NCBI GenBank assembly: GCA_918797485.1
Contig: CAKKNE010000004.1
Span: forward strand, 3,286,001-3,350,000
Direction: 5' to 3'
Source of the DNA: Pelagomonas calceolata
Lineage: Eukaryota
DNA length: 64,000 nt
Positions 47,823 to 58,629 of the stretch are shown here, piece after piece (the stretch's first letter is position 1; each line of letters starts with the position of its first letter). The notes below the pieces were generated by a model. That model saw only the letters and a program-made list of their open reading frames with translations. It made no database searches and was not told where the DNA came from. Position numbers and translations under genes: made by a program.

Positions 47823-49520
47823 CTACACATTCTTAGGGGGGCTCATCGCCTTTTCAATGGCTGCGTCGACGACCTCATCCACTTCATCTTTTTGACCGCG
47901 CACCTCGTGCAGCGACCCCCACGAGCCGCGGAGGTGGTCGTCGGACGTCCGCCGCGGCGACGGCGCCTTCTCACCCTCAGCGCGACGCCAGTGCTTGCTA
48001 TTCAGCAACCCCGCGCGCTCATCAAAACGCGAATGGGGGTCCTCTTCCACCACAACGGGGACCTCCGTCGGCCGTCGCTCCTCGATTAAACCTTCGGCCT
48101 TCATCTCTTCAATAATCTGGTCGTCGATAGAAAAGTATTGTATACCTTTCGGCGGCACCCAGGTCCCCTCGAACAACCTTAGTTTTGGTGGTTTCTCATT
48201 TGGTGAAGCGAGTCGTAACTCGTCACCACAAAGAATTCTATCGGACGTATACGGTTCTTCCACCCCACACCACAATATTAATAATGACGCACCGTCACTA
48301 CCTGATTTAATTTGATGTACTGAACCGACATCACAATGCACGTACTCCCCGAGCTCTATCGTCGACTCCTTCCAGACGGCCTTTTCGGGTATATCGCCGC
48401 ACCTCGTGGGAGTTCGATTCCGCTTCTTTTCTGTTATCTCAGACAAATCTAGCAGAGGTACTTTTGGTTCTTCATCCTTGCCCAAGGTAGGTACCGTGCC
48501 ACAAAGCCTCAATTCATGCAAGGACCCGCTCAGGACATAGCATAACTCGAGCGACACGTGGCCATGTAATCTAGTTTCATAACCAGGTGGCAAGATGATA
48601 CATTGGACCTGCATGTCGTACCCATTACTTTTACCAGTACTTTCGAACTCGTCCAGAGAATCACTCTGATTGTCCCGTCTGAAGCGCTTCTGCAATTCAT
48701 CCAGAAATGACAAGGGAAAGCCCTGCGGATCACTCACTAAAACACCGGACTTGACACAGATGTCATTGACCAATTCCGCAAGATCGGGCCAGACCAGCGC
48801 ATCCTCCTCTCTGTGAATTGGATAGGGCTTCCCATGAATAATATCCGGTAATTTCCTCAACGTCTGAGGGGCTGCTAAAGAATGGAACTGCAATGTACCT
48901 CTAGACCACGGGGCCTTGTCCCTTTTAGCTCGCGCCTTATCGGCTAACCGCATCGCCGCTTTCTTCGCTAAAATAGTCTGGGCGAGCGGGTTGATCTTGG
49001 CACCTTGCAATAAGCGAGGCAACGGCTTCTTCTTCTTTTTACGTGCTTCCCTGAATGCATGTTTGAGGTGCTTGGGGATTTCTGGTTGTAAGCCTTCTTT
49101 CAACCAGTCCGGGAGCTCCTCTTCGTCCGCATCGATACCTAACTCCGAAGCGCGGTCCTCGCACGTGTAGGGCTTCCTTAATTTTTTTACTGGTATGTTT
49201 CGTATTATATCATCAAGTAAGTCGCCCGGTTGCTGTTCCTGGCTCGAGAAGAGGCCGTCGCGCAGGCCCTCCTCGAGGAATTGCGCTAGTTCGTTCTCCG
49301 TGTTGTCCTCCTTGTGTGGATGTCTTTCTAGCTCACTCCCTGGAGACAAACTTCGCTGGCCGATTGTATGAGCGAGCGTCCGCCCTCTGTCAGGTGACCG
49401 TCCTAAAGTTCTCAGTAGATCTTGGTCCGTGGACTGTGATTGTAATTGTTGCCTTAGAGTCTCGTTCTCTGCCTTGAGGCGCGCGTTCTCGGCCTGGAGG
49501 GCCTCCAGCTGGGAGCTCAT
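47823..49520 (-). CDS. Cupin-domain protein with N-terminal coiled coil
   Basis: LPPGYETRLHGHVSLELCYVLSGSLHE (cupin motif 1); GEYVHCDVGSVHQI (motif 2). Confidence 0.75.
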   Translation of the reverse strand: MSSQLEALQAENARLKAENETLRQQLQSQSTDQDLLRTLGRSPDRGRTLAHTIGQRSLSPGSELERHPHKEDNTENELAQFLEEGLRDGLFSSQEQQPGDLLDDIIRNIPVKKLRKPYTCEDRASELGIDADEEELPDWLKEGLQPEIPKHLKHAFREARKKKKKPLPRLLQGAKINPLAQTILAKKAAMRLADKARAKRDKAPWSRGTLQFHSLAAPQTLRKLPDIIHGKPYPIHREEDALVWPDLAELVNDICVKSGVLVSDPQGFPLSFLDELQKRFRRDNQSDSLDEFESTGKSNGYDMQVQCIILPPGYETRLHGHVSLELCYVLSGSLHELRLCGTVPTLGKDEEPKVPLLDLSEITEKKRNRTPTRCGDIPEKAVWKESTIELGEYVHCDVGSVHQIKSGSDGASLLILWCGVEEPYTSDRILCGDELRLASPNEKPPKLRLFEGTWVPPKGIQYFSIDDQIIEEMKAEGLIEERRPTEVPVVVEEDPHSRFDERAGLLNSKHWRRAEGEKAPSPRRTSDDHLRGSWGSLHEVRGQKDEVDEVVDAAIEKAMSPPKNV

Positions 49521-49985
49521 GTGGTGTTTTTGGCGCGGCGGCGTGCCCAATCGCTGCCGCACGCCCTTTGTGTGTAACGAAGGAATCGAAATGAGGGAGA
49601 GAGGCAGCCGCTTGCCCACGACTGCCGGCGCTCACAGGCTTTGCGCCGCGCCCGGCAGGCTGCCCACCACCATGTGAAATTGCGGCCGCCATCGCTGCGG
49701 GAGGTCCTCGGAGCGCCGCGGAGCATTGCGACGAGTCGCGCGCGCCCGCGAGCCGTCGGAAATTGCGCGCTCCGGAGCCCCCGTTGGCGGCGCTGTGGCG
49801 CTGTGGCCCGCGAAGCTTGTCGTGTAAACACGCCGTCGCCGCTGCCCCCGGCGCCGAGGCTGCCCCAGACGCAAGAATCGACCAAGGCACCCCACCACAG
49901 CACGCCAACAGCGCCGCGGCGGGAGCACGTTACCAATATCCAAGCGCAAAGCGCCTAGCGCCAAAGCGCCCCACCGAACGCCAGG

Positions 49986-51467
49986 ATGCCGGGACCAACA
50001 AAAGCCTGGGACAACTCGTTTGCGTACGGTGCGGGCCGCGACCCGAAACCGTACAAGAGCGTCCACGTCGGCACGGGCGGCGAGAACGCCAAGTCCGACG
50101 CGTGGTTGCAAAAGTCGATGTCTAATCTAGAGAAGACAGGTGGGAGTGCGTACAGAAACAACATGTCCGAGAAGGACCGCGAGAAGCTGCTGTCGAGGAT
50201 GGCCGCCGCTGGCAGGGAGTACAACCGGGGCCACATCACGGAGGCGGCCTATGGCAGGTACGTTACTCAGCTCTTGAAGGGTAATAAACGACAACAATTG
50301 AAAGACATTCACAACTCGAGGAGGCCCTCCAGTTCGCCGTCGTTAGGTCGCCGAGCGCCCGTCGCCGAGGGCCGCATGGAGCGGCCCCAGCTCGCTGATT
50401 CTCTACCGAGAAGAACGATCCGAGGCCTGGACACGTCCTATGAACAAAAAGTGCGGGCTCGCTCGGCTCGGCAGCGGACCCGAGCCCTAGCCTGGATGGA
50501 GAAGGTCGCGAAAGATGATCAAGATGTAGATGATGAGCTGGATGATGCGCTGCCGCTCCGAGAAGGCGCCGAGGATCGATCCGAGCGCGAGGTTACTGTG
50601 AGTAAGGCGCCGCGTAGTACGACGTCTGCGGCTCTGAAGGAGGCTCTCGAAGGGCAGTTCGGTCGGGTGAATCGCGTCGATCCCAACGGACGGGGGCAGT
50701 TCCTAGTACGCTTCAAGTCAGCAGGTGATGCGCGACGGTGCGCGAAGGCTGGGAGGTGCTTGCTCAAGACGCGCGTGTTGGCGATCATCCCGCGGGACGG
50801 CGATGTCCAGGGCGTGAAGAAGATCTGTAGCAAGTTCGGACGCGTTTTGAGTTGCTTGGAAGTGATCGACAACGGCAATAGGGGAGCCGTGGTCACGTTC
50901 GAAACAGCAGGTGCAGCTTCAAGGGCCGTGGGCGAGCACCCGATCACGGCGCCGAACGAACTTGATATAAGTGGCATCCCCGCCGGCTCAACCGCGGAGC
51001 ACGTGTCCTCGGCTCTAGGCGGCAAGCGAGACGTAGTACGTTGCTCGTTAGATCCGGACGACCGCTCCAAGGCCATTGCGGTGATTGTGAACCCGACGAT
51101 CGCGTCGCGACTTGTGGGGAAGAAGCTCGAGATTGGCACCGTGTCCCGAGGCGGTTCGGCTTCTGCGCTAGAAAGAGCCCAGTTCCAAGCCAGCAACGGA
51201 AGAAATAGGGGCCCCTGGGGCTCGTGCCTCGTGTCGAAACCCTACGCGGACAACGCGAACCACAGCTATGGGTGGGACCGAGGGCCCACCAAGTGGGACG
51301 AGTTCAAAAAAAGAGCTGCTGGTACTTATGATAGCAAGGCCGGCCAGAAGCTGCCGGGCAAGGCCCGGGCCTACACGACGACGAAGCACTACCTGTCTGC
51401 TGCGCTGCGCAAGACGACCCTGGAAATCGGCTCGCACGACGTCGAGCTGATCGTGTCTTCGAACTAA
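49986..51467 (+). CDS. RRM-like RNA-binding protein
   Basis: LKEALEGQFGRV...FLVRFKSAGDARR; ICSKFGRV...AVVTFETAGAASRAV; LDISGIPAG. Confidence 0.65.
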   Translation: MPGPTKAWDNSFAYGAGRDPKPYKSVHVGTGGENAKSDAWLQKSMSNLEKTGGSAYRNNMSEKDREKLLSRMAAAGREYNRGHITEAAYGRYVTQLLKGNKRQQLKDIHNSRRPSSSPSLGRRAPVAEGRMERPQLADSLPRRTIRGLDTSYEQKVRARSARQRTRALAWMEKVAKDDQDVDDELDDALPLREGAEDRSEREVTVSKAPRSTTSAALKEALEGQFGRVNRVDPNGRGQFLVRFKSAGDARRCAKAGRCLLKTRVLAIIPRDGDVQGVKKICSKFGRVLSCLEVIDNGNRGAVVTFETAGAASRAVGEHPITAPNELDISGIPAGSTAEHVSSALGGKRDVVRCSLDPDDRSKAIAVIVNPTIASRLVGKKLEIGTVSRGGSASALERAQFQASNGRNRGPWGSCLVSKPYADNANHSYGWDRGPTKWDEFKKRAAGTYDSKAGQKLPGKARAYTTTKHYLSAALRKTTLEIGSHDVELIVSSN

Positions 51468-51487
51468 GCCTCCCCCCTCCGAGTAAT

Positions 51488-52324
51488 TCACATGGAATTC
51501 CTTACGAGATTGATTCGCTGTTGTCTCCACACTTCATCGGCTTCCTGCAAATTCGTGGATAGATAGGCGTGGAGCTGCGTCGCGCGCGTCTTGGCCAGCG
51601 CCAGACAGGTCGCGAGGGCCTCCGGATCTAAGCCAGAACCGCTTGACTGAGAAAAGCACAGCTCGCCGTGGGCGTCCAGACCCGCTATATATAAAGCGGC
51701 GGCGGCCGCCTCCTCATTACAATCGGGATCCACACAAGCCGTCCGACACGAAGGACCAATCACAACAGGCACGGCGACCGGTAGCCGCGTCAGCGGCAGG
51801 GGCAGGGGCACGACACTATCAACGTCCGCGAGTTGCACAGAGTCGCCCGTCCCCGTCGCGACGCGGCACCGCACGTGTTTCAGACACGCCGCCGCGCCGA
51901 GCGTCATCGCTTCCAACGCGTTGCCCCGGTCTATTAACAGGGACACGTTCAGCGCCACCTGCCAGCACGCCTCGCCGCCCACGACGCAGAGCGCTTCCAC
52001 GTCCAACGCGCCGCCGTCTCTATAGCAGCGTTCCAGAAACCGTCTAGCTTCGTGGATGATGGTCGGGTCGTCCTCATCGTCGTCATCTCTAGAACGCGGC
52101 GCGCCGTCGACCTTGACTCTCAAACTGCCCTCGTTCGGCCGCCACGCGTCCGGCGCGCCGAGGGCGCAGGACGCCCGCGCTATAACCCGCGTGCCTCCCA
52201 GAGAGACCTCGGCCGTCGCCGCGTCGTCGCCCCTTTCTAGTTGTACGTCGAGTTCGCGGCCGTCGTGGCCGGCGCGGCCGTCTCTTCTAATCCCTTGCGG
52301 GGTTATGACGAAGGCGGCTGGCAT
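51488..52324 (-). CDS. RRP45: Exosome complex RNase PH-like subunit RRP45/EXOSC9-like
   Basis: GIRRDGR, AEVSLGGTRV, RPNEG, ALDVEALCVVGGEACWQV, DRGN, PLPLTRLPV. Confidence 0.8.
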   Translation of the reverse strand: MPAAFVITPQGIRRDGRAGHDGRELDVQLERGDDAATAEVSLGGTRVIARASCALGAPDAWRPNEGSLRVKVDGAPRSRDDDDEDDPTIIHEARRFLERCYRDGGALDVEALCVVGGEACWQVALNVSLLIDRGNALEAMTLGAAACLKHVRCRVATGTGDSVQLADVDSVVPLPLPLTRLPVAVPVVIGPSCRTACVDPDCNEEAAAAALYIAGLDAHGELCFSQSSGSGLDPEALATCLALAKTRATQLHAYLSTNLQEADEVWRQQRINLVRNSM

Positions 52325-52507
52325 GTTGCTATTTTGTGCTGTGCGCTCGGCTGCTGCTTGTGCAGGGACCTGATTCGTGCACGGCGCAGCGTGAAATCAG
52401 CTGGGCGCTGTCTACGGTCGATGCAGGTATGAAAACTGACCACAAGCGTGCAACTGGCCGTGGTACGCGAGTAAAATCAGGCTGTGCAGCTCGACGCTGC
52501 TTGGCAT

Positions 52508-52531
52508 GCTAGTGTGTTACAGGACGCTAGC
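52508..52531. promoter_or_regulatory. CTAG-bracketed motif copy (GCTAGTGTGTTACAGGACGCTAGC)
   Basis: Divergent region 52324/52888. Confidence 0.7.
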
Positions 52532-52887
52532 CCTGCCGATTTCAAAGCGCCGCGCACAACTAAGCCTCTGCGGCGGCGTTGGAGCTGAGGAGACCCTCGC
52601 TGGAGCGCTTATCCAGTCGTGTTGTACCTCGCCGCGCGAGATCCGGCATCCGCTGGGGCGCGCATCAAAACCGCAGCCCTAACAGCGGCGAAGAGTCGGG
52701 CCTATCGCGCAGCGCACGCTCGAAACGTGGATATCCACGCGGCCGTGCGAGCTGCGACGGCACCAGCATCAATAGCGACGGCGCGACGTTTCATCCGTAG
52801 CGCTCATCCGCGACTGACGATCCGCCGCTGCTCATCCGTAGCGCTCATAGCGCGAGGGCGACAAAGGGCGGCTGACAAAGACGCAAG

Positions 52888-55800
52888 ATGGCGCCCGAGC
52901 CCGTCTGGCAGCAATTACAAAAAAAAACTTTCACAAGATACATCAACGGCAAGCTCGCGTCGAAAGGACTCCAAATCAATGATCTGTATGAGGACGTGAA
53001 GGACGGCAAAATTTTGTACCATTTCCTCGAAGCCCTGACAGGAGCATCATTAAAGAAGTACGGCCGCTTGAACAACGGCCGCATGAAGATCCAGCGGGTC
53101 GCGAACATGAACGTTGTATTTGCTTTCTTGCCGGACGCGGATGTCAAAATATCAAACATTGGCGTGCTAGATATTGTGGACGGGAAACCGAAGAGCGTTC
53201 TAGGATTGGTTTGGAGTATTATCGCCTTTTATCTGGTGCGAGATATCGGTGGCGGCGGGGAGCGCGACGTCGCCGCGGTCAAAAGGAGAGTCCTGAGGTG
53301 GGCTAGGAGACGGTGCGGTCGACGAGCTCCCATCAGTGATCTGACGAAGTCGTTCAAAGACGGGAAGGCCTTCCTAGCGATCTTGAACGATGTGGATGCG
53401 TCAGGATCGCCCTACGAGCCTTCACAAAATCCGGTCGAGAATTTCGAACGCGCTTTTTCAGATGCGGAGCAGAAATATGGCCTGCCGAGGATGCTGGACA
53501 CGTCGGAAGACTGCTGGCGCGACGAGATAAGCATGCTTACTTACTTAGCGTCGATGATGGAAACTTTGCCAGAACGCGTCGAGCAGCCCGACACTGGTAC
53601 TTCTACAGACGCGTGGCTCGACGCTCGGTCAGATGAGATTGGGGAACGGTTGGCGACCTTATGTGCGTGTGCGTCCACACCCTCTGATAATGCGGGCAGA
53701 AGCGCAGCGACGGCCATTTTGAAAGCAGCAGCATCACGCGCGGGTTTGACGGAGACGGCCCTCGGCTCGAGTCGCGTCTTCTCATCTACCATAGACGCGA
53801 CGAAGCCGACTTTGTTATATCACGCCTCGACACACGTCGAAAAGCCTCATAATGCCGCGTGGCGCGACGTCGTCGATGCTGCGCCCTTTTCCGATATTGT
53901 CAAGGACGGCCGCGTCACTGCTGCCGGTAGTAGAGCCAAGGGCTCTTGCCTAGCTCCATTTTTAGCGTGCGAAGCTTGTCAAGAGAGGTCGCTGAACGTC
54001 ATTGTCGTCATCGGCTCTGGTGACGATGAAAAGAGCGCGGTCGACGTGCGAGCATTAAAGGTGGAGGCCGATTATGCGCTTGTTAGTGATTCGTCGTTGA
54101 CATGCGCGCCGCCTGGTATGGCTACTCTTGTCTTCGGGTGCCGCGGCGACGCGCGTCTATGTGTCAAGAAGGACGATGGCGATGAGCTGGCGTCGTCGAT
54201 CGCGTGTGTGGATGTGAGTGGCCTCCCGTCGTTGACGGGTGTGGCGCAGCGGTCGCCGCACGGCGTCGACGCTACGAAGTCATCCTTCGTCGTCGAGCAG
54301 CTCGCTACGTCACAAGATGGCGCTACGGCTTCAATACGAGTGCTGACGCCGCCGGCGTATGACGGCGACGTTAACCTGTCCAGTCTGGGCACTGTCACGG
54401 GCTCATTAAAGCCGGGCTACCTCACCGAACCGAACCAATCTTTTGCTGACGCCGTCGAGCGCGCCCAGTGCAAGGCGTACGGTGCGGAGGAGCACGCTCG
54501 TGTATTGTCCGCTTCTTATTCACCAATCGCCTGCGCTCTATCAGAAACGTTATCAGACTGCGCCGTCTTCCAGAGTGGCCGGGCGCCGGCCTACGTCGAT
54601 CGCAGTGGACGGCCGGGCGAGAGCGTGGCCGTGAATGACGTCATCGGCGAGGCCAAGGTTTTGGCAAGACTCATGCGGTGCGCTTCCTCGGACCTCGCGC
54701 CGCCGGCGCCTTCACCAAGGCCGTTCGCGAAAGTTATCGACGAGCCGAAGACGCCGACGAGCCCGCACTTCGACGGGAGGCAGATCGGGTCACCGAGGCA
54801 GCGCCGGAAGCTTCCCGCTGGTAGGGTCTGGCCGCCGCCGTCGCCGTCGTCGACGCGACCATCCGCGCCTCCGAGGAGCCCCTCGTCGGCGGCGAAGCCC
54901 AAGCCGGCCGACGACGCGCCCATTGAGCCGACTTATCAAACTTACAAGGGGCCGCCTTCACCAAATCTCCAGGCCGTCGCCGCGCGCCTGGAAAAGTCCG
55001 ACTCGGAGCGCGGCGACACGCCGCCGCCGCCCTCGCGCGGCCACGGGCCGGCGTCGCCGCCCGCGTCGCCGGGGCCGTCCGCGCCGCCGTCGCCGTCGCC
55101 ACCCAAGGCGCCGCGCCCGGCGCTGTCGGCGCCGGCCGCGCCGCTCGCGGCGCCGGCCGCGGAGGCGCCGGCGCCCGCGCCGGCGCCCGCGCCGCCCGTG
55201 GCGCACCGCGGTGCCTTCGCCGGCTGGTTCGCGCCGCGGCCCGCGGCGTCGCCGCCGCGGCCGCGCGCGGACTCGCCCGCGTCGCTCGACGACGTCCCGT
55301 CGGCCGAGCCCACGCCCAGGGCCGCGGCGCCCGCGTTCTTCGCGGCGGCGCCGGCGGTCGAGCCTGCGGCCGAGCCTCCCTCGGAGCCGACGCCCGAGCC
55401 GGCGCCGGCGCCGACCGCGCCCGCCGCGCCGTCGCCCGGCCTCGACGCGCCGACGCGCGCGACGGCCGAGCGCCCGGAGGCGCCGGCGCCGGCCCCCGTC
55501 GACGACGCGCCGGCGCCGGAGCCGAGCGCCGACGCGATGGCGGCCTTCCTGGCCGCGGCGGCGCCGGCCGTGCCGCCGCCGCGCGCGAGCCGCACGACCA
55601 AGGTCCTCTTCACGCCCGCGGTACCAGACAAAGAGGACGCCGCGCCCGAGGAGTCCCACCCCCCGGCCCAGGCGCCGCCCGCGCCGCCCGCGCGCACGCC
55701 GCTCGCCGAGATCGTCGGCCGCGACTCGCACGACTCGGCGCCGGGCGACCCGGGCCTTCCCATGAAGATGGTGTCGCGCGAGTCGACGCCGCGCGCGGCG

Positions 55801-57304
55801 TCGCCGGTTCCAGAGAAGGAAGACAGCGACGCCGAGTCGTGGGAGACGGGCAGCACGCACCACGACGACGCGCGCTCGACGGCGTCCGACGAGTCCTGGG
55901 CCACGGAGGCCGACGACGCGCCGGCGGCGAGGCCGCGGACGAAGCAAGCGAAGCGCCGCCACGTCTGCCCGACGACGCTGCCGCCGCCGCGGCCGTCTCC
56001 AGTCAAAAAGTCGCCGGCGAAGGCGACGTCGCCCGGAACGTGCCGGGCGACGCGGCCCATCGTCGCGCCCTCGAAACCGGCGCCGCTGCCACCCGCATCG
56101 GCCAGCAAGCCGCGCGCTCCCACGTGCCCCACGACGAAACACCCGCCGCGCGCGTCGCCCGCGAAGCCGCGGGCCTTCAGCCCCGCGAAGCCGCGCCTGC
56201 CGCCGTCTTCGCCGCCGGCGCCGCCGTCGCCGCCGCCGCGGTCGCCGCCCGCGTCGCCGACGGAGTCCTTCTTCCAGGGCGACCCGTCGCGCGACTCGCC
56301 GGGCCGCGACGAGCCGATTCCCGAGCTCGCGACGCCCGCCGAAGTCATCGACGAGATCAACCGGGTCAGGCGGGACCCGGCGGCCTACGCGGCCTTCCTC
56401 CGGTCGCACGTCGCGCCGCGCTACCGGTTAGATGGTTCGTATTGGCCGCGCGAGGCCGGCGCGCGGCCGCACCGGACGCACGACGGGCTCGCGGCCTGTT
56501 GCTTGCTGTGTCCTTTTTTTTTGAGGTGACTTCCCGGCCGAGCAACTTCCGACCCATAGCCCACGGCCCAGCCCCTGGCGGACCCTACGGCCGAGCCGAC
56601 CGCCGAGCCGACCGCCGAGCCGACGAGTACGCCGCCGCCACACGGACGCCGTCGACGCGCGCGTCGCAGGCGAGGAGGCCATCGCCGAGCTCGACGCGCT
56701 AGGAGCGGATTGTTTGCCCCCTCTAAAAGCGCACGTCGGCATGACGCGCGCGGCGGAGGACCACGTCGAAGACCTCGTAAGAACGAAGAGACTGGGCCAC
56801 ACGGGGTCCGATGGCAGCGCGCCGGCGCAGCGCCTGAATAGACATGGGAGGTGGTTCGAGCGCGCGTCGGAGTGCCTGTCGCACGGGCGGCGGACGGCCG
56901 TGGCCGCCGTCGCGCAGATGATCATCGACGACGGCGTCGCGTCGCGCGCGCAGCGGCGCGGGCTCCTGTCGGACCGCGCGCGGGCGGTGGGCTGCGCCCT
57001 GCGGATGCACCCGCGGCACGGGGCGGTCTGCTGCGTGACGCTCGCGGGCGGCTACGGCCCGCCTCCCCTCAAAGAGGCGCGGAAGGTCGTGGCCGACGCG
57101 GTTAATTTACCAGACGACTTCGAGGAGGTGCTGTTTTCCGTGCCCGTCGTGGACATCCACGACCGTGTTTATCAAGCGCTCGAGCGCGGCGGCAAGGTCG
57201 TTTTGGATTATGCGCCCGGCGCGCTGAAACTTTCCGTCTGGGACGCGGCCGGGAAGGGCGAGAAGTTCGCCGTGGACTGGGACCCGGGGCTCTGGGAGGT
57301 CTAG
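52888..57304 (+). CDS. Tandem CH actin-binding domain + degenerate M20-peptidase fold + Pro-rich linker + CAP/SCP domain; exons 52888-56497, 56670-57304 (1414 aa)
   Basis: WQQLQKKTFTRYIN, DLYEDVKDG, DIVDGKPKSVLGLVWSII, SFKDGKAF (CH1/CH2); EINRVRRDP...THDGLAAC|EEAIAEL...AAEDH...GHTGSDGS...IIDDGV..R..R..L (CAP). Confidence 0.82.
56498..56669 (+). other. Spliceosomal intron (172 nt), possibly decayed introner
   Basis: GTTGCT...GTCGCAG; removal joins the two CAP halves in frame. Contains a 12-bp tandem repeat x3. Confidence 0.75.
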
Positions 57305-57424
57305 TTCATTTGAGGGCTGCCCAAGTTATAAGCTTTCGTGTACTACTATTTTTTTCGTGGTCGCCTGTTGGAAGACGTGAGTCGTCCATACGCCATTCGT
57401 GTCACGGTGGGCCACGGTGTGGCC

Positions 57425-57520
57425 TTGCTTTGCTTGGAGCTGGGCCGCCTAGCCACCCGGCCGACGCCTCCCCTGACCGCGTACCCGTTCCGCCCCAGGC
57501 CCTCATACGCTGTCGCCGAG
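57425..57520 (+). repeat. Convergent-3'-end dispersed repeat, copy C
   Basis: TTGCTTTGCTTGGAGCT-GGGCCGCCTAGCCACC...GGCCCTCATACGCTGTCGCCGAG, colinear with copy A. Confidence 0.75.
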
Positions 57521-57555
57521 GGGTTGGTTCAAGTTTCTTTAACTACACATACTAC

Positions 57556-58146
57556 TTACGCGGCGGAAGAGCCTGCCGAGAGCAGCGACGCGCGCGACGG
57601 CGACACCGCGGACTGAGAGAGATCAAGCGCCGTCGAGTCGTCGTACATCGACTTGCGCTTGGTGCCCTCCGGCCAGAGGCCGCGGCTCCGCCGCCCGAGC
57701 TCGACGATCACCTCATCCGGGTGGCGTGGCGGCCTTCCCATCCTAAGATCTCGCTTGTTTTCGGCTTCGGCTTTCCTGAGGTCCTGCGTCGCTTCCCGCC
57801 GCAGGACCCGCACGCCGCTCGACTCCTCCGGATGAATTTCGGTCCAGTCGCGCGGGAAGAGGTGGTGCGGGCTCGCCAGCGCCGCCTTGTTGACGGGGGG
57901 CGCCTCGTTCTTCTGGAACTCGGCGCGGTGGACCCACTTCTTCAGGGCCGTCTCGTGCTTGTCTATTGTGGCTTGTAGTGCTTGCGCGGCGGCGTGGCCC
58001 GCCGCGTGCCGGTCCTTCAGGATCGCGCGCTCGTCGACGATGCGGTCGAGGCGCATGAAGATGGGCTCCTCGTCCTCGGGGTTCTTTCGTCGGCCGCGGC
58101 TCATGAATTTGGCCAGCTCCGCGGGGGTCATGCCGCTGTGGGGCAT
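57556..58146 (-). CDS. Hypothetical protein
   Basis: 196-aa ORF from MPHSGMTPAEL with coding-like composition. Confidence 0.55.
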   Translation of the reverse strand: MPHSGMTPAELAKFMSRGRRKNPEDEEPIFMRLDRIVDERAILKDRHAAGHAAAQALQATIDKHETALKKWVHRAEFQKNEAPPVNKAALASPHHLFPRDWTEIHPEESSGVRVLRREATQDLRKAEAENKRDLRMGRPPRHPDEVIVELGRRSRGLWPEGTKRKSMYDDSTALDLSQSAVSPSRASLLSAGSSAA

Positions 58147-58629
58147 CGTGTTTTTTGGTGTCTGCCAAGGATGGTGGTGTTGTTGTCTGATGAGCGGCAA
58201 GGGGCTGCCCCGCCAAAGCAGGGGGCTCCGGGAATGAATCTGTGCCTCCTTTGTGGCGTGCTGCGTGCGCATACGCTCTCGCAGACGCGAGCGCGTTGCG
58301 GAGAGGCTGCACCCCGTACCCAGTACCCGCGCGCGCGCTGAAAAATGCTGAAATTTTGCAGGCAGCTCTGTGATGGGCCAATGAGCACCATGTGAGGCGT
58401 GGGAGGGCCGGGACGCGACCTTCGTGAAAATGTGATGACGACTTTGTCCCAGCCCAAGATTAGGTCTCGTGCCGCAACGAAAACGCCAGACACGACTCTA
58501 GGAGGCCGTTGGAACGATTTTTTCAAAGGCCTGCGCGACGCTGCGCTGTCCTGCGACGCACAGCACGCGCTGGGGCCGCCGCAGCCGGATCCAATCGAAC
58601 CACTTTAAAAAACAGGCCAAACAAAAGCC

